A DNA stretch of 64,000 nt from Candidatus Bathyarchaeota archaeon (GTDB lineage: Archaea; Thermoproteota; Bathyarchaeia; Bathyarchaeales; Bathycorpusculaceae). The notes beneath the pieces were generated by a model. It was not told where the DNA came from. It saw only the letters and a program-made list of their open reading frames with translations, and ran no database searches. Below are positions 28,986-39,484 of this stretch, in pieces. The stretch is from positions 832,001 to 896,000 of the forward strand of contig CAWEPZ010000011.1 of NCBI GenBank assembly GCA_963811105.1, in the 5' to 3' direction. Each line of letters opens with the position of its first letter. The first letter of the stretch is position 1. Both the position numbers and the translations under genes were made by a program.

Positions 28986-30089
28986 TTATATCATGTTTCT
29001 ATTTTTGTGGTTTTGTCGTTTTTGACGAGTTTCTGCGCGACTTTTTTCATTGAGAATTTTGTTGTTTATCATTTCCCAAAGGTCAATTTCTGGAATGGGT
29101 CTGAAACCGGGACAAAATTGTTCCTTAGCAATCTCATAGATTGCTTGGTTAATTGGCATTGGAACACCTACATTGCTGGCTAGTTTAAGCATGTATCCAC
29201 TTAGTGATTCCAGTTCTGTGGCATGTTTTCCACTGAATACGTCTTGTGTCATGCTGGTGGGGCCGACCCTGTTTACGATGAAGTCGTGGAGAGGATTTGT
29301 GGGTGATTCTGGAATGTTTACTGCTGTTTGGATATCGTTCCAGGAGGGCATGCTGCCGAGTTTGTGCTCTTTAAAGCCTGCTGCTTGCAGTACTTGGATT
29401 CCTTCTCCTAGAAGTCTTGTTGTCATGTGCACAAGGATCTTTTCTGACTCGACTGATCGTTTTCGGAATCCTACTAGAGCCATTAATGCGTTTATGAGGT
29501 TAATTGCTAGTTTGCAGTGAACAGCATCTTGTAAACGGGTTGTGATTTGGCATTCTAATCCTGAAGATAAGACGGTTTTAACGCGTTTAAGTTCGAGTAT
29601 GAGATCGTTGTTTGGTGTTCCAATAATTAGGTATCCTGGTTTTACATATGCGGCTTTCCCGACACTGTCTCGCCACGCGTTGTAGCAAACGACGCCGTAC
29701 ATTGCTCTAGAAAAGTACTTGGGTATAATCTGCTGGTTTTCTACGCCATTCTGAAGGCTCGCAACGATTGGCTGGCAATTTCCAAGATGGTGCCGAAGCG
29801 TTTGTGCTGTATGGTCAAGATCATAGTTTTTCACGGTTATGATTATGATGTCTGCAGACGGAATCTCGTCTATTGATTCAATTACTTGTACTGGTATTGG
29901 AGCAGTTGTGGCTTCTTGACCTATTTTGTAAAGTTGTAACCCGTGTTTTTTAATCGCATCGACGCTTTCGCCTCTGGCTAGAAGATGCAAGTTTTTATTT
30001 TGAGGAAAAATCCAGCCTGCTACGCTTAAACCGATTGCCCCTGCTCCGACGATTAGAACTTTGGGTTTTTCTTTCAAGGGATCACACAT
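28986..30089 (-). CDS. Ketopantoate reductase (PanE/ApbA) family protein
   Basis: IVGAGAIG, ITVKNYD, SLQNGV, KLAINLIN, SMTQD, TELESLSG. Confidence 0.85.
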   Translation of the reverse strand: MCDPLKEKPKVLIVGAGAIGLSVAGWIFPQNKNLHLLARGESVDAIKKHGLQLYKIGQEATTAPIPVQVIESIDEIPSADIIIITVKNYDLDHTAQTLRHHLGNCQPIVASLQNGVENQQIIPKYFSRAMYGVVCYNAWRDSVGKAAYVKPGYLIIGTPNNDLILELKRVKTVLSSGLECQITTRLQDAVHCKLAINLINALMALVGFRKRSVESEKILVHMTTRLLGEGIQVLQAAGFKEHKLGSMPSWNDIQTAVNIPESPTNPLHDFIVNRVGPTSMTQDVFSGKHATELESLSGYMLKLASNVGVPMPINQAIYEIAKEQFCPGFRPIPEIDLWEMINNKILNEKSRAETRQKRQNHKNRNMI

Positions 30090-30111
30090 GGATTTTTTTT
30101 CTTCGGCGTGC

Positions 30112-30540
30112 TTACCAACCTAGTATTAATTTGAATATGCCAAGTGCTATTCCCATAGATACTACGGCGCTCAGTGCTGTTCCCCCGATCAATGTCGGAT
30201 AAAACTTGCTTGACTGAATTCCTAGTAAACGGCCGATAATTGCTACCTGAATGGGCGAGAGCACAAACACCCCGGCTATTATGCCTATCAAAGCATATTT
30301 GTTAATGAGTTTTTGACCTCTTGCTGTTCTTTTTTCGAGCCAACGTCTCAAGCCTTTTTTCCATTCTAATAATCTATTGATCAAGAAGATGGTTGCAAAA
30401 ACAGTTAAAATATTTATCGTGAGTGTCGTTGCAAAAACCAACAGGGGGTCGAATCCAACGGCCACGCCATATAGCATGCCTCCTCCGCTTTCAAAGACGA
30501 CAGATATGAGAATATAGACGTAAATCTCGAACATCCACAC
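30112..30540 (-). CDS. Small membrane protein (small multidrug export/DedA-like)
   Basis: Four hydrophobic segments with a basic amphipathic loop (RGQKLINKY). Confidence 0.55.
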   Translation of the reverse strand: MWMFEIYVYILISVVFESGGGMLYGVAVGFDPLLVFATTLTINILTVFATIFLINRLLEWKKGLRRWLEKRTARGQKLINKYALIGIIAGVFVLSPIQVAIIGRLLGIQSSKFYPTLIGGTALSAVVSMGIALGIFKLILGW

Positions 30541-30896
30541 ATCACTTCATAGATATTTGTTTAGTCCAATAAGGCTTATTCCACAGCCGTCGCGTGTGGT
30601 TTGAATTGATAATAAGAAGTATATATTTCATATTAAATTAAAGGACAGAATAATTGGTTCTTCTCAAGTACGAATGACGGTTTTTCAACATATTTCAACG
30701 TAGTTTCACGATAGGCCTCCACTTTATCTCAGTTGAAAAAAGATTTGTTATGATCGCTTTTGACCTGAGGAGTAGTTTTCAATAAGAAATAGTTGTTTTT
30801 TGATAGTTGGAAAGGTAAAGTTTGATGGGGTGTCGCAAGGAATAAGCAACGTTAAATACTGAGCTAAAATAACGCTAACTTAAGTAGTTGACATTT

Positions 30897-32444
30897 ATGC
30901 CCGAATACTTATCCCCTGGAGTTTATATCAAAGAAATAGAAATAGGCGCAAAACCCATCGAAGGGGTAAGCACCAGTACCGCAGGATTTATAGGGGAAAC
31001 AGAAAGAGGACCCACACTGCCCAGATTAATTACAAGTTGGTTAGATTATCAGAAAATTTTTGGCACCTATTTTGGTGGCACTAAGTATTTGCCTTACGAA
31101 GTTGAGGGCTTCTTTAATAACGGTGGTAAGCGGTGCTACATCGCAAGAGTAGTCTCTTTTGGAGTAACAAAAGCTATTTTGACTCTCAATGTTAACAGTG
31201 TTGCAGCGCTAGTTATTGAGGCTATAGGAGAAGGTGGCTGGGGACAGAGGATCGCTGTTAGAACTAGAAGGAATGCTGACAGTAAAACTTTCAAGTTAAC
31301 CGTTTTCTATTGGAAGAACAATATTGTAGCTGCCTTTAATCCTGATGACAAAGCGAATAAGAGTCTATTGCAGCCAGCTATATCAGAAGTCTATAGCAAT
31401 GTTTCAGTAGAAAAAGCCTCGCCAAATTATTATGAAGCAGTAGTCAACAGCAACTCTAACCTAATTAGAATAAGTAACCCAACAAACGGTTGTCCTGCAA
31501 TTCCTGACGATGCTGCAAGCGACATACCTATGCTTCTAGGGAATGTAACTGGCATTGAGACATCACCAACCTTGAATGACTTTAAGGGAGATAGCACGCT
31601 ACCGTCTGGAAGTAGGCGAGGTCTGCTTAGCTTCGAGGATATAGACGATATTTCGATACTCTATGTTCCAAACGTGCAAAGTATCAGCGGTTTGTCTGAA
31701 GCAGTTATCGCCCAATGTGAGAAGCTGAGAAATCGTTTCGCAATTATGGAGGTGCCAATTGGAAACTCAACCACAAGCTTCATCATGAGCACAAGAGCCA
31801 CTATGGAAACAAAATATGCTGCGTTATATTGTCCATGGTTAAAAATAATAGATCCGGTGTCCGGCAGTGAAATTCTTGTTCCACCGGGAGGATTCATAGC
31901 AGGGATATATGCTAGAAGCGACGCTGAAGTTGGAGTTCATAAAGCTCCCGCAAACGAAGTTGTTATAGGGGCGCTCAACCTTGAATATGCCTTAAGCGAA
32001 GGCGTACAAGAGATCCTTGACCCAGCCGGCGTAAACTGCATTCGCGAATTTGCAGGCAGAGGAATTCGGGTTTGGGGCGCCAGAACATTGAGCAGTGACT
32101 CACTTTGGAAGTATGTTAATGTTCGCAGGTTGTTCATATTTCTTGAGAAGTCAATTGAAAACGGCACGCGATGGGTTGTTTTTGAGCCAAATAACGAGAA
32201 GCTTTGGGCAAGAATGAAACAAACGATTTCCCAGTTCCTAACCACTGTTTGGAAGAGCGGCGGATTGAAGGGAACAACCCCTGAAGAGGCCTTCCTTGTA
32301 AAATGTGATCACTCGACAATGACTCAAGACGACATTGATAACGGCAAATTAGTATCTATTATCGGAGTAGCTCCATTAAAACCAGCAGAGTTCGTGATAT
32401 TCCGCATCGCACAATGGCAAGGAGGCTCCGCGTCAACGGAGTAG
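30897..32444 (+). CDS. Contractile phage-tail/eCIS-type sheath protein (orphan)
   Basis: MPEYLSPGVYIKEIEIGAKPIEGVSTSTAGFIGETERGP; GFFNNGG; AALYCPWL; PPGGFIAGIYARSD..GVHKAPANE; GVNCIREF..GIRVWGARTL; WKYVNVRRLF; VFEPN; GVAPLKPAEFVIFRI. Confidence 0.95.
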   Translation: MPEYLSPGVYIKEIEIGAKPIEGVSTSTAGFIGETERGPTLPRLITSWLDYQKIFGTYFGGTKYLPYEVEGFFNNGGKRCYIARVVSFGVTKAILTLNVNSVAALVIEAIGEGGWGQRIAVRTRRNADSKTFKLTVFYWKNNIVAAFNPDDKANKSLLQPAISEVYSNVSVEKASPNYYEAVVNSNSNLIRISNPTNGCPAIPDDAASDIPMLLGNVTGIETSPTLNDFKGDSTLPSGSRRGLLSFEDIDDISILYVPNVQSISGLSEAVIAQCEKLRNRFAIMEVPIGNSTTSFIMSTRATMETKYAALYCPWLKIIDPVSGSEILVPPGGFIAGIYARSDAEVGVHKAPANEVVIGALNLEYALSEGVQEILDPAGVNCIREFAGRGIRVWGARTLSSDSLWKYVNVRRLFIFLEKSIENGTRWVVFEPNNEKLWARMKQTISQFLTTVWKSGGLKGTTPEEAFLVKCDHSTMTQDDIDNGKLVSIIGVAPLKPAEFVIFRIAQWQGGSASTE

Positions 32445-32790
32445 TAAAAGATGAACATGTATGTCTACAGCCTTAAGCATCTTTACCTGATTTTCTGAAG
32501 TCTTTGCACCTTTTAGTTTTCTTCTTGTCGTTAAACAAAGTAAGTATCTTTTCGAATATAGCCAACTAAGTTATGCTCGATTTACAGACAGTTGCAAACT
32601 CCAAAACTACTTGGGTGAAGCGCTATATTATTTACGAAAGAAGCTAACGATAATTCTGCTGAACAGTATTTCTGAGAAATGAGTTTTTTGGAACAATGTC
32701 TCGTCTGCTGGTTTTCTTTGGGTCTTTGTATTCTTACGCCAAAGGTTTATTTTTTAGAATACAAGATTTTTAAGTCGAGCGATTGTAGAT

Positions 32791-34023
32791 TTGGCACCCG
32801 ATAATATCGAAAGCGAAAAGGCGGAAGCTAAGCAACCAAGAGTTGAATTTAATTTTCCAATGTTAATTGTTAGGACAAAAAGGTTTGCAGCCGTTTTTGA
32901 CAAGTTAGGTTCTCTTCGTATCTCACGGTACTTTTCTTGGTTGGGAATTTTTCTGGTGCCATTTATTGCAGGAATTGCGCTCTACCTCTTAATCAATAGC
33001 TTAATCGGTTTGCTATCTAATCCGGGGGTTGGTCAAGTAATTCGGGAATTGGGGCCAGGATCAGTTCTGTTGTTACCTGGAATCAACCCTTTGCTTCCGA
33101 TAGTTTATGGGTGGGTTGCAATAGTTTGCGCTATTGTGATTCATGAAGGAGCGCATGGAGTTATTGCCCGAAATGTTGGATTGAGGGTTAAGTCAAGCGG
33201 TTTACTGTTCTTCTTGTTTGTTCCCATTGGCGCTTTTGTGGATGTGGATGAAGAGCAAATAAAGAAAGCAAAACCCCGCGCTGCTCTAAAAGTTATGGCT
33301 GGTGGAGTTGGTGCAAATGTCCTTGTAGCAGCCGTATGCCTCTTAGGTCTCTTGTTGCTTGTTGGTAGCTTAACCCCCGTCATCGATGGCGTATACATCA
33401 ATGATGTAACAAATGGAATGCCAGCTCAAACTGCAGGGCTACTGCCAAAAGATGTCTTTGTTTCAATCGACAATGCAACAATTTACAACACCACCGATTT
33501 AAGAACGATATTGGATACAAAGATGGCTGGAAACACAATTCAGGTTACTGTGGCAAGGGGTGAGAACTGGCAGCACAGATTTTCCACGACGGTTAACCTA
33601 ACTGTATCTGAAAACCGCACGGTCATGGGAATATTAACCTATGACTTATTTACTGAGCAACGATTAGAGAATTATCAAACCTTCTCTTTAAATCGGCTCT
33701 CTATGTACTTGGTACCCCCAACATTAGCTTCTGGTCTAACACCATTTTCTGATTTCTTAGCACCGTTCTATTCAAATCCGATACCTCTATGGCAAGTACT
33801 TGCTAACGGTCTTTTTTGGATATGGTTTGTCAACTTCAACCTCGCAATCTTCAATTCTTTACCAATATACCCCTTGGACGGAGGCAGAATCTTTAATATC
33901 ACTTTGAAAAGAGCTATGGGTAAACGGATAAGTGAAAAAGCTATCTATTCCATAACTATTGGGGCAACGGTTGCCTGCGTAACTATTGTCTTGTTAATTA
34001 CTTTGTTGCCCTTCATAATGTAG
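32791..34023 (+). CDS. Site-2 protease (M50) with PDZ domain
   Basis: IHEGAHG, GAFVD, PDZ (PAQTAGL..D), FNSLPIYPLDGG. Confidence 0.92.
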   Translation: MAPDNIESEKAEAKQPRVEFNFPMLIVRTKRFAAVFDKLGSLRISRYFSWLGIFLVPFIAGIALYLLINSLIGLLSNPGVGQVIRELGPGSVLLLPGINPLLPIVYGWVAIVCAIVIHEGAHGVIARNVGLRVKSSGLLFFLFVPIGAFVDVDEEQIKKAKPRAALKVMAGGVGANVLVAAVCLLGLLLLVGSLTPVIDGVYINDVTNGMPAQTAGLLPKDVFVSIDNATIYNTTDLRTILDTKMAGNTIQVTVARGENWQHRFSTTVNLTVSENRTVMGILTYDLFTEQRLENYQTFSLNRLSMYLVPPTLASGLTPFSDFLAPFYSNPIPLWQVLANGLFWIWFVNFNLAIFNSLPIYPLDGGRIFNITLKRAMGKRISEKAIYSITIGATVACVTIVLLITLLPFIM

Positions 34024-34190
34024 CAGCCTATAGCTTACATAGCGAGTCAAGTCAACATATCAAGGATCAAACAGCAAACAACAGTCTATCAACAAGAGTT
34101 CGTGTTTTTTTTTCTTGTCATAGATGCGTCTGCTTATGTATACATTTTTTTGTGAGTTTTGAGTGATGTTTGGTTTTTGGAGGTGGAATC

Positions 34191-34784
34191 TCATTTTACG
34201 GAAACAAACCTGTTATCTCTAATGTAGAATCGCCAGGGCTTATTTTTCCACTCGCCAGAATAATCTACGCCTACTCGAGTTGTTTCCACTATATCGTCTT
34301 GAGGAACCAGTGATGCATCCTCAATATACAGCGGCGGAGTAGCAAGGTCAGTCTTGTTTTGAGCCTTTGATATACCTATTGCCATGCATAGCTTGCTTGG
34401 ACCATTCGTCAAGTTAGCAACCTTTGCTTGCTGGCCCCTACGTTTTACCATAATTTCCTTACCGGCTACCGGTTCCAGGGCTCTAATAAGAACCGCCTCC
34501 GGTTTTCCCGGCACATTGCCAGCGGTTACGTTAAAGCAGTAATATAGCCCGTAAATAAAATAAACGTAAGCATGCCCTTTTTTTCCAAACATAACTTCGT
34601 TCCTAGTTGTCCGATGACCCTCAAAACTGTGTGCTGCTCCATCTTCAGGTCCTCGATATGCTTCTGTTTCAACTATTCGGCCAGTCGTCGTACCTTCTCT
34701 TGATTCATGAACTAAAATTTTTCCCAAAAGTTCTCTTGCAACAGTTATTGTGTCCAATTGATAGAACGTTTCTTGCAGAATCAT
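34191..34784 (-). CDS. mpg: DNA-3-methyladenine glycosylase (MPG/AAG family)
   Basis: VARELLGK, GRIVETEAY, AYVYFIYG, AVLIRALEP, NGPSKLC, RVGV..PWRF. Confidence 0.92.
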   Translation of the reverse strand: MILQETFYQLDTITVARELLGKILVHESREGTTTGRIVETEAYRGPEDGAAHSFEGHRTTRNEVMFGKKGHAYVYFIYGLYYCFNVTAGNVPGKPEAVLIRALEPVAGKEIMVKRRGQQAKVANLTNGPSKLCMAIGISKAQNKTDLATPPLYIEDASLVPQDDIVETTRVGVDYSGEWKNKPWRFYIRDNRFVSVK

Positions 34785-34865
34785 GGTTGTGAGAGTAGCG
34801 TTACCGAACAAATAAGCTTGCCTAGATTTATTATAGCAGATTTGAAGATAGAATTGTGATAGTCA

Positions 34866-35216
34866 ATGAGCGATGATGAGTTAGATGGATTAAAGCGGAA
34901 AAGATGCCTTGAGTTGCAGAGAAGAATGGTTTCTCGCCAAGAAAAGCAAAAGTCAGTTGATGTTCATAGGGTTCTTGACAGTGTTTTTAGGAAGAGTTTG
35001 AGAAGATTTTGACGAGGCGAATTCTCAATATCCGAGTGAAATGGCTACGTTAGATCATACGATTGTGACTCTTGATTCAGAGGCAAGTTGACAGAAATGG
35101 ATGGTGAACGTTTTGTATGCGCTCTTAAGAAACGTTGGCTTGGATGTTAGGTTAAGTACTGAAATCAAAGTTGCCATTCATGGGAAACGCAATCGCTCTC
35201 CGAGAAATTTAGGTAA
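34866..35216 (+). pseudogene. Decayed PDCD5-like dsDNA-binding protein gene
   Basis: MSDDELDGLKRKRCLELQRRM..VLDSVFR, then after frameshifts ..SQYPSEM..GKLTEMDGE..LYALLRNVGLDVRLSTEIK..SLSEKFR*. Confidence 0.65.
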
Positions 35217-35338
35217 TCGAAAACATAAGAAGTCAAAAAACGACTTCCAGCCACCTGGACAGGTGAAGTCTACAAAGTGATGGAAGTTAGAAAAAGTTAA
35301 TTTTCAGCGAGGTAATAGTTTGATTAGAGGCAAAGAAG

Positions 35339-35866
35339 ATGAGAAACCGTCTTTTGTTTTTGATCGCTTTAACCGCCGTTTTAGTTTGTTTATCATTTTA
35401 TTCAGAGCGGGTATTTGGGCAATCATTTCCATTTTTGGAAGGCAAAATCAGTGGCACAGTAATTGATGCTTCAACTGGGCAGCCTATAGATAACTCAATG
35501 GTGACCGTTGGGATAGGTTCGTCTGTAAACCAAACTGTAGCTACAAACAGCACGGGTCAATACTACATAGGGGGTCTCGAAGGTAACCTGACAGGCATAA
35601 CTTACAATGTGACAGCCTCGAAAACTGGCTACTTAACTTCAAGTAAAAATGTAACCTTAACAACTGTAATAGATTTCTTACCCCCAGCGACCCAAAATTT
35701 TACCCTAACCCAAATTCCAAATGTGACTCCAACGCCTACGCTTCCAGAGCTCCCAAGAGAAACCTTGTTTTTGGCAGTTGCAGTCTTAACGATTTTGTTT
35801 GGCGTGTTTGTGAGAAGGGAGAAGAAGGTTAGGCTTTTGAAATTAGCAAAGCGGTTCGAGGTCTGA
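35339..35866 (+). CDS. Secreted carboxypeptidase-regulatory-like (transthyretin-like) domain protein with PEF-CTERM-like anchor
   Basis: Signal peptide; GKISGTVIDASTGQPI..TNSTGQY..YNVTASKTGY; TPTPTLPELP, TM, basic tail. Confidence 0.75.
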   Translation: MRNRLLFLIALTAVLVCLSFYSERVFGQSFPFLEGKISGTVIDASTGQPIDNSMVTVGIGSSVNQTVATNSTGQYYIGGLEGNLTGITYNVTASKTGYLTSSKNVTLTTVIDFLPPATQNFTLTQIPNVTPTPTLPELPRETLFLAVAVLTILFGVFVRREKKVRLLKLAKRFEV

Positions 35867-36107
35867 GGATTAGTTCATATATGCCATTATGATGTTATCG
35901 ATTGGTCAGACTATTCATCAGTGCTTAGTGGATTGGAGGCTCCTTTGTTTTTCTCTTAAGAAAATGCTTTAGAGGTTTATAGGAAAATTATAAAAGCCTA
36001 GCTATACTCCGAATAGTAATGACAAATCTTTTGGTCGCGATTTGTGGAAAACGCAAAGACAAACTATCTAAAAATAGAGGTTTTCTTAGCAGTTTGAGTT
36101 TAGAGGA

Positions 36108-38096
36108 ATGCTTAGTTTGAATTTTGTTCTGCTGGTAGGACCTATAGTTGGTTTGGTTGCGATTGCATATGCAGTTCACTTAGTTTTGCATGATTTACTT
36201 GGCAAAAGCAAGGGTCCTCCAGAGATGGTGGAAATTCATGATGCCATAAAAGTAGGCGCCCACACTTATTTGGCTCTTCAGTTTTTTGTAGCTGCTCTGT
36301 TTGTTGGCGGGATTACTGCGGTTTTGAGTTATGTTTTAGGAGTTTCTATTGCTTTGTCTTTCACTTTGGGTGCTGTTCTGTCGGGTGTATCTGCCTATAT
36401 TGGGATGAGAGTTTCCATTTATATGAACGTTAGAACTGCAAACGCAGCAAGCCACAGTTTCAATGAATCTTTGGATATAGCGATTAATAGTGGAACAGTG
36501 GTGGGGCTTTCGTTGACTGGCTTAGGTTTGATGGGCGTTGGGTTATTATATTTTATTGTGGATAACCCGTTGCTGCTTTTGGGAATGGGTTTTGGTGCTT
36601 CCCTGGTGGGGCTTTTTGCAAGGGTCGGTGGCGGAATCTACACTAAAGCCGCTGATATAGGGGCTGATCTAGTCGGCAAGGTCGAAGAAAGTATCCCTGA
36701 GGATGATGCGCGGAACGCGGCTGTAATAGCAGATCAAGTAGGTGATAATGTTGGTGACATAGCAGGGACTGGATCGGATGTTTTTCAATCTTATGTAATG
36801 GCTCTGGTTGCTGCGATGATTTTAGGGTTAGCGGTTCATGGCATAGGTGGTTTGCTTTTTCCTTTGTTTGTGGCCGCTTCGGGAATTGCGGCTTCACTAA
36901 TAGCTTCGCGCTTCATTTCCGCGAAAAATAGAGATGCTCAAAGTGCCATCTACAAGGGAATGTACATAGCTGTGGGGCTGGTTTGTTTATTTGTTTTGCC
37001 GTTTGCCTGGTTTATTTTTGGTGGAATAAGAGAGTATCTTGCCACAATATTGGGGGCTTTTACAATTGTGTTTTTGGCTTGGTTGACTCTTTATTATACT
37101 TCGATGAGTAGAAAACCGATTAAGGATATAGTAAGAGCGTCCAGCGCAGGGCCAGCCATGAATATTATCTTTGGCTTTGCAAGAGGTTATGAAAGTGCTG
37201 TTCCTTCTGTGTTAGTCTTTGCTGCATCAGTGTTACTTTCGTTTGTTATCAGTGGGATATATGGGATATCTATTGTGGCTGTTGGCTTTTTGTCTGTAAA
37301 CGCAACTCTTGTTGCTATGTCCTCTTACGGACCTATCGTTGATAATGCCAAAGGAATAATGGAGCTCTCAGGAGTCCATCAAGGCAACGCTTTGATGATC
37401 ATGGATGAATTGGATTCAGTTGGCAATACGACGAAAGCTGTCTGCAAAGTTTATGCACTTGGAACGTCCTCATTTGCTCAAGTAGCAATTTTTACAGTTT
37501 TTCTGCAAGCAACTAATCTTAAAGTCATCAACGTAGCAAGTCCGCCTGTTGTCGCAGGTTTGCTCATGGGGGGCGTCTTATCTTTTCTTTTTGTCTCCCA
37601 AATTCTCAAGGCGGTAGGCAATTCGGCTTTCAGGATGGTTGCAGAAGTGAGGAGGCAATTTGCTGAAATTCCAGGGCTAAAGGAAGGAACTGCAAAAGCG
37701 GATTATAAGAAATGTGTGAGAATAAGCACTCGAGGTGCGCTCAAAGGCATGTTTTTGCCTGCAATCATAGCCATAGTTTTTCCTTTAGCAGTAGGATATA
37801 GCATTGGTGTTGAAGCTTTAGGTGGTTTGCTTGCGGGTAATCTTGTGAGCACTATTTTGCTTGGTTTTATGATGATCCTCACGGGGGCATCTTGGGATAA
37901 CGCTAAAAAATATGTTGAAACAGGAAAACTAGGTCATGTTGATACAAAGACGTATGAAGCTACGGTGGTTGGTGATACAGTTGGAGATCCTTTTAAAGAC
38001 GCTGCTGGGCCTTCGCTTGATTTCTTGATGAATCTTATTGGTTCTATGGCGATCTTATTTGCAGCTTCGTTTCTAGCGTATGCTCTATTCGCATAA
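36108..38096 (+). CDS. hppA: Membrane-bound ion-translocating pyrophosphatase, K+-independent signature, divergent gate residues
   Basis: GGGIYTKAADIGADLVGKVE..IPEDD, GDNVGD, YGPIVDNA, DSVGNTTKA, WDNAKK, GDTVGDPFKD. Confidence 0.93.
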   Translation: MLSLNFVLLVGPIVGLVAIAYAVHLVLHDLLGKSKGPPEMVEIHDAIKVGAHTYLALQFFVAALFVGGITAVLSYVLGVSIALSFTLGAVLSGVSAYIGMRVSIYMNVRTANAASHSFNESLDIAINSGTVVGLSLTGLGLMGVGLLYFIVDNPLLLLGMGFGASLVGLFARVGGGIYTKAADIGADLVGKVEESIPEDDARNAAVIADQVGDNVGDIAGTGSDVFQSYVMALVAAMILGLAVHGIGGLLFPLFVAASGIAASLIASRFISAKNRDAQSAIYKGMYIAVGLVCLFVLPFAWFIFGGIREYLATILGAFTIVFLAWLTLYYTSMSRKPIKDIVRASSAGPAMNIIFGFARGYESAVPSVLVFAASVLLSFVISGIYGISIVAVGFLSVNATLVAMSSYGPIVDNAKGIMELSGVHQGNALMIMDELDSVGNTTKAVCKVYALGTSSFAQVAIFTVFLQATNLKVINVASPPVVAGLLMGGVLSFLFVSQILKAVGNSAFRMVAEVRRQFAEIPGLKEGTAKADYKKCVRISTRGALKGMFLPAIIAIVFPLAVGYSIGVEALGGLLAGNLVSTILLGFMMILTGASWDNAKKYVETGKLGHVDTKTYEATVVGDTVGDPFKDAAGPSLDFLMNLIGSMAILFAASFLAYALFA

Positions 38097-38129
38097 ACTT
38101 TTTAGACCAGTGCTTTTTGAGGTAAAGTG

Positions 38130-38372
38130 TTAGACTTTCTTATTGGCGTTCTGATGTTCAGTTTCCAAGTGAATGATTAATTCTTCTTTAGTATTGAAAA
38201 CTTTACCACATATTTGGCAAGTAGACTTGTTTGACGTTGGATTGTCCATTGGAGGAAGCGAGGAGGGCTGCTGATCAGGGGATTCAAGAGAGCCATCTGG
38301 TGGCGTTGGTGTAGTCAAATCGTCAAACGGGTCATTTGGCTTTTTTTCATTTGGAAAATCAGACTCAATCAA
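38130..38372 (-). CDS. Small C2H2 zinc-finger protein
   Basis: CQICGKVFNTKEELIIHLETEH after a Pro/acidic disordered region; GGTGA RBS upstream. Confidence 0.75.
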   Translation of the reverse strand: MIESDFPNEKKPNDPFDDLTTPTPPDGSLESPDQQPSSLPPMDNPTSNKSTCQICGKVFNTKEELIIHLETEHQNANKKV

Positions 38373-38710
38373 AATATCACCTACAGTGCAAAGGGATTAT
38401 TCTTCTTAAGCATTTGTGTCTATCTAAATATATAACACAGTTCTTTGTAGCCCTCGCACCAAGCAATTCAAAAAATAAAAGATAGTTACACTTTTGTTGT
38501 GCAGTGAGAAAAATAAGCTGATCATTTGCAGTCTTTTTGTAACCTCCATCTTTTTTTGGATTCCAAGTCACTAAATATACTCAGACAATCGAAGTGTAGC
38601 CAAGTTTTTTCAAAATGAGAAGAAAATTGTCTTTTTTTTCTCTTGCTATACCAAGAATGCGAAGTGTTTATCGATAAGAGATTATTTCTATTTAGGTAGG
38701 TTTTGAGAAC

Positions 38711-39461
38711 ATGAAATTGTCTGGAAAAGTTTCTTTAGTTACCGGTGCAAACTCGGGAATTGGCAGGGCGGTTGCGCTTTATTTGGCTGAAGAAGGAGCG
38801 GATGTTGTCGTCAATTATGTTGTGGATCCTTCCTGAAGCTGAAGCTGTTGTCAAAGAGATTCAAGATATGGGCAGACGTGCGTTAGCGGTGAAAGCTGAC
38901 GTTTCAAGTAGCGCAGAGGTAAAAGCCATGTTTGAGCGGGCCATCAATGAATTCTCCACATTAGATATACTTGTGAACAACGCTGGAATCGGAAACTTCG
39001 CGTCGGCGGTTGACATGAAAGATGACGTTTGGAACAAGATGCTTGGAGTGCATCTCTATGGCACCATGAACTGTACCCGCGAAGCCCTAAAAATAATGCT
39101 AAAAAACAAGTCGGGCAAAATTATAAACATAGCATCGATTTGCGGCATAACCGGCTGTTTGGGCGCCGCCCACTATTCAGCTGCAAAAGGCGGAATAATG
39201 GGGTACACTCACGCCGTGGCAAGAGAAGTAATTTCCCAAGGCATAAACGTCAATGCAATAGCTCCCGGATACATCGAAACACCCATGTTATCAGGCGCTG
39301 GAATGACCGATGAAATGCTAAAACAACTTCTAAACCAAATTCCCATCGGCAGATTAGGCAAGCCACGAGAGATAGCCTCTTTGGTAGCTTACTTAGCTTC
39401 TGACGACGCAAACTTTATGGTAGGTCAAGTTATAAGCCCGAACGGCGGCCAAGTAATATAG
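38711..39461 (+). pseudogene. SDR / 3-oxoacyl-ACP reductase (FabG-like), frameshifted near 38831
   Basis: [28 protein letters not shown] from ATG 38711 continues in another frame as EAEAVVKEI..NNAG..YSAAK. The site is a TCCT-TCCT duplication. Confidence 0.85.
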
Positions 39462-39484
39462 TTAGCAATATAAGCCATCACTAA

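Noticed and set aside
30897-32444. Prophage around the sheath gene
   Set aside because: No integrase, terminase, capsid, tube or baseplate genes nearby; the flanks are cellular genes.
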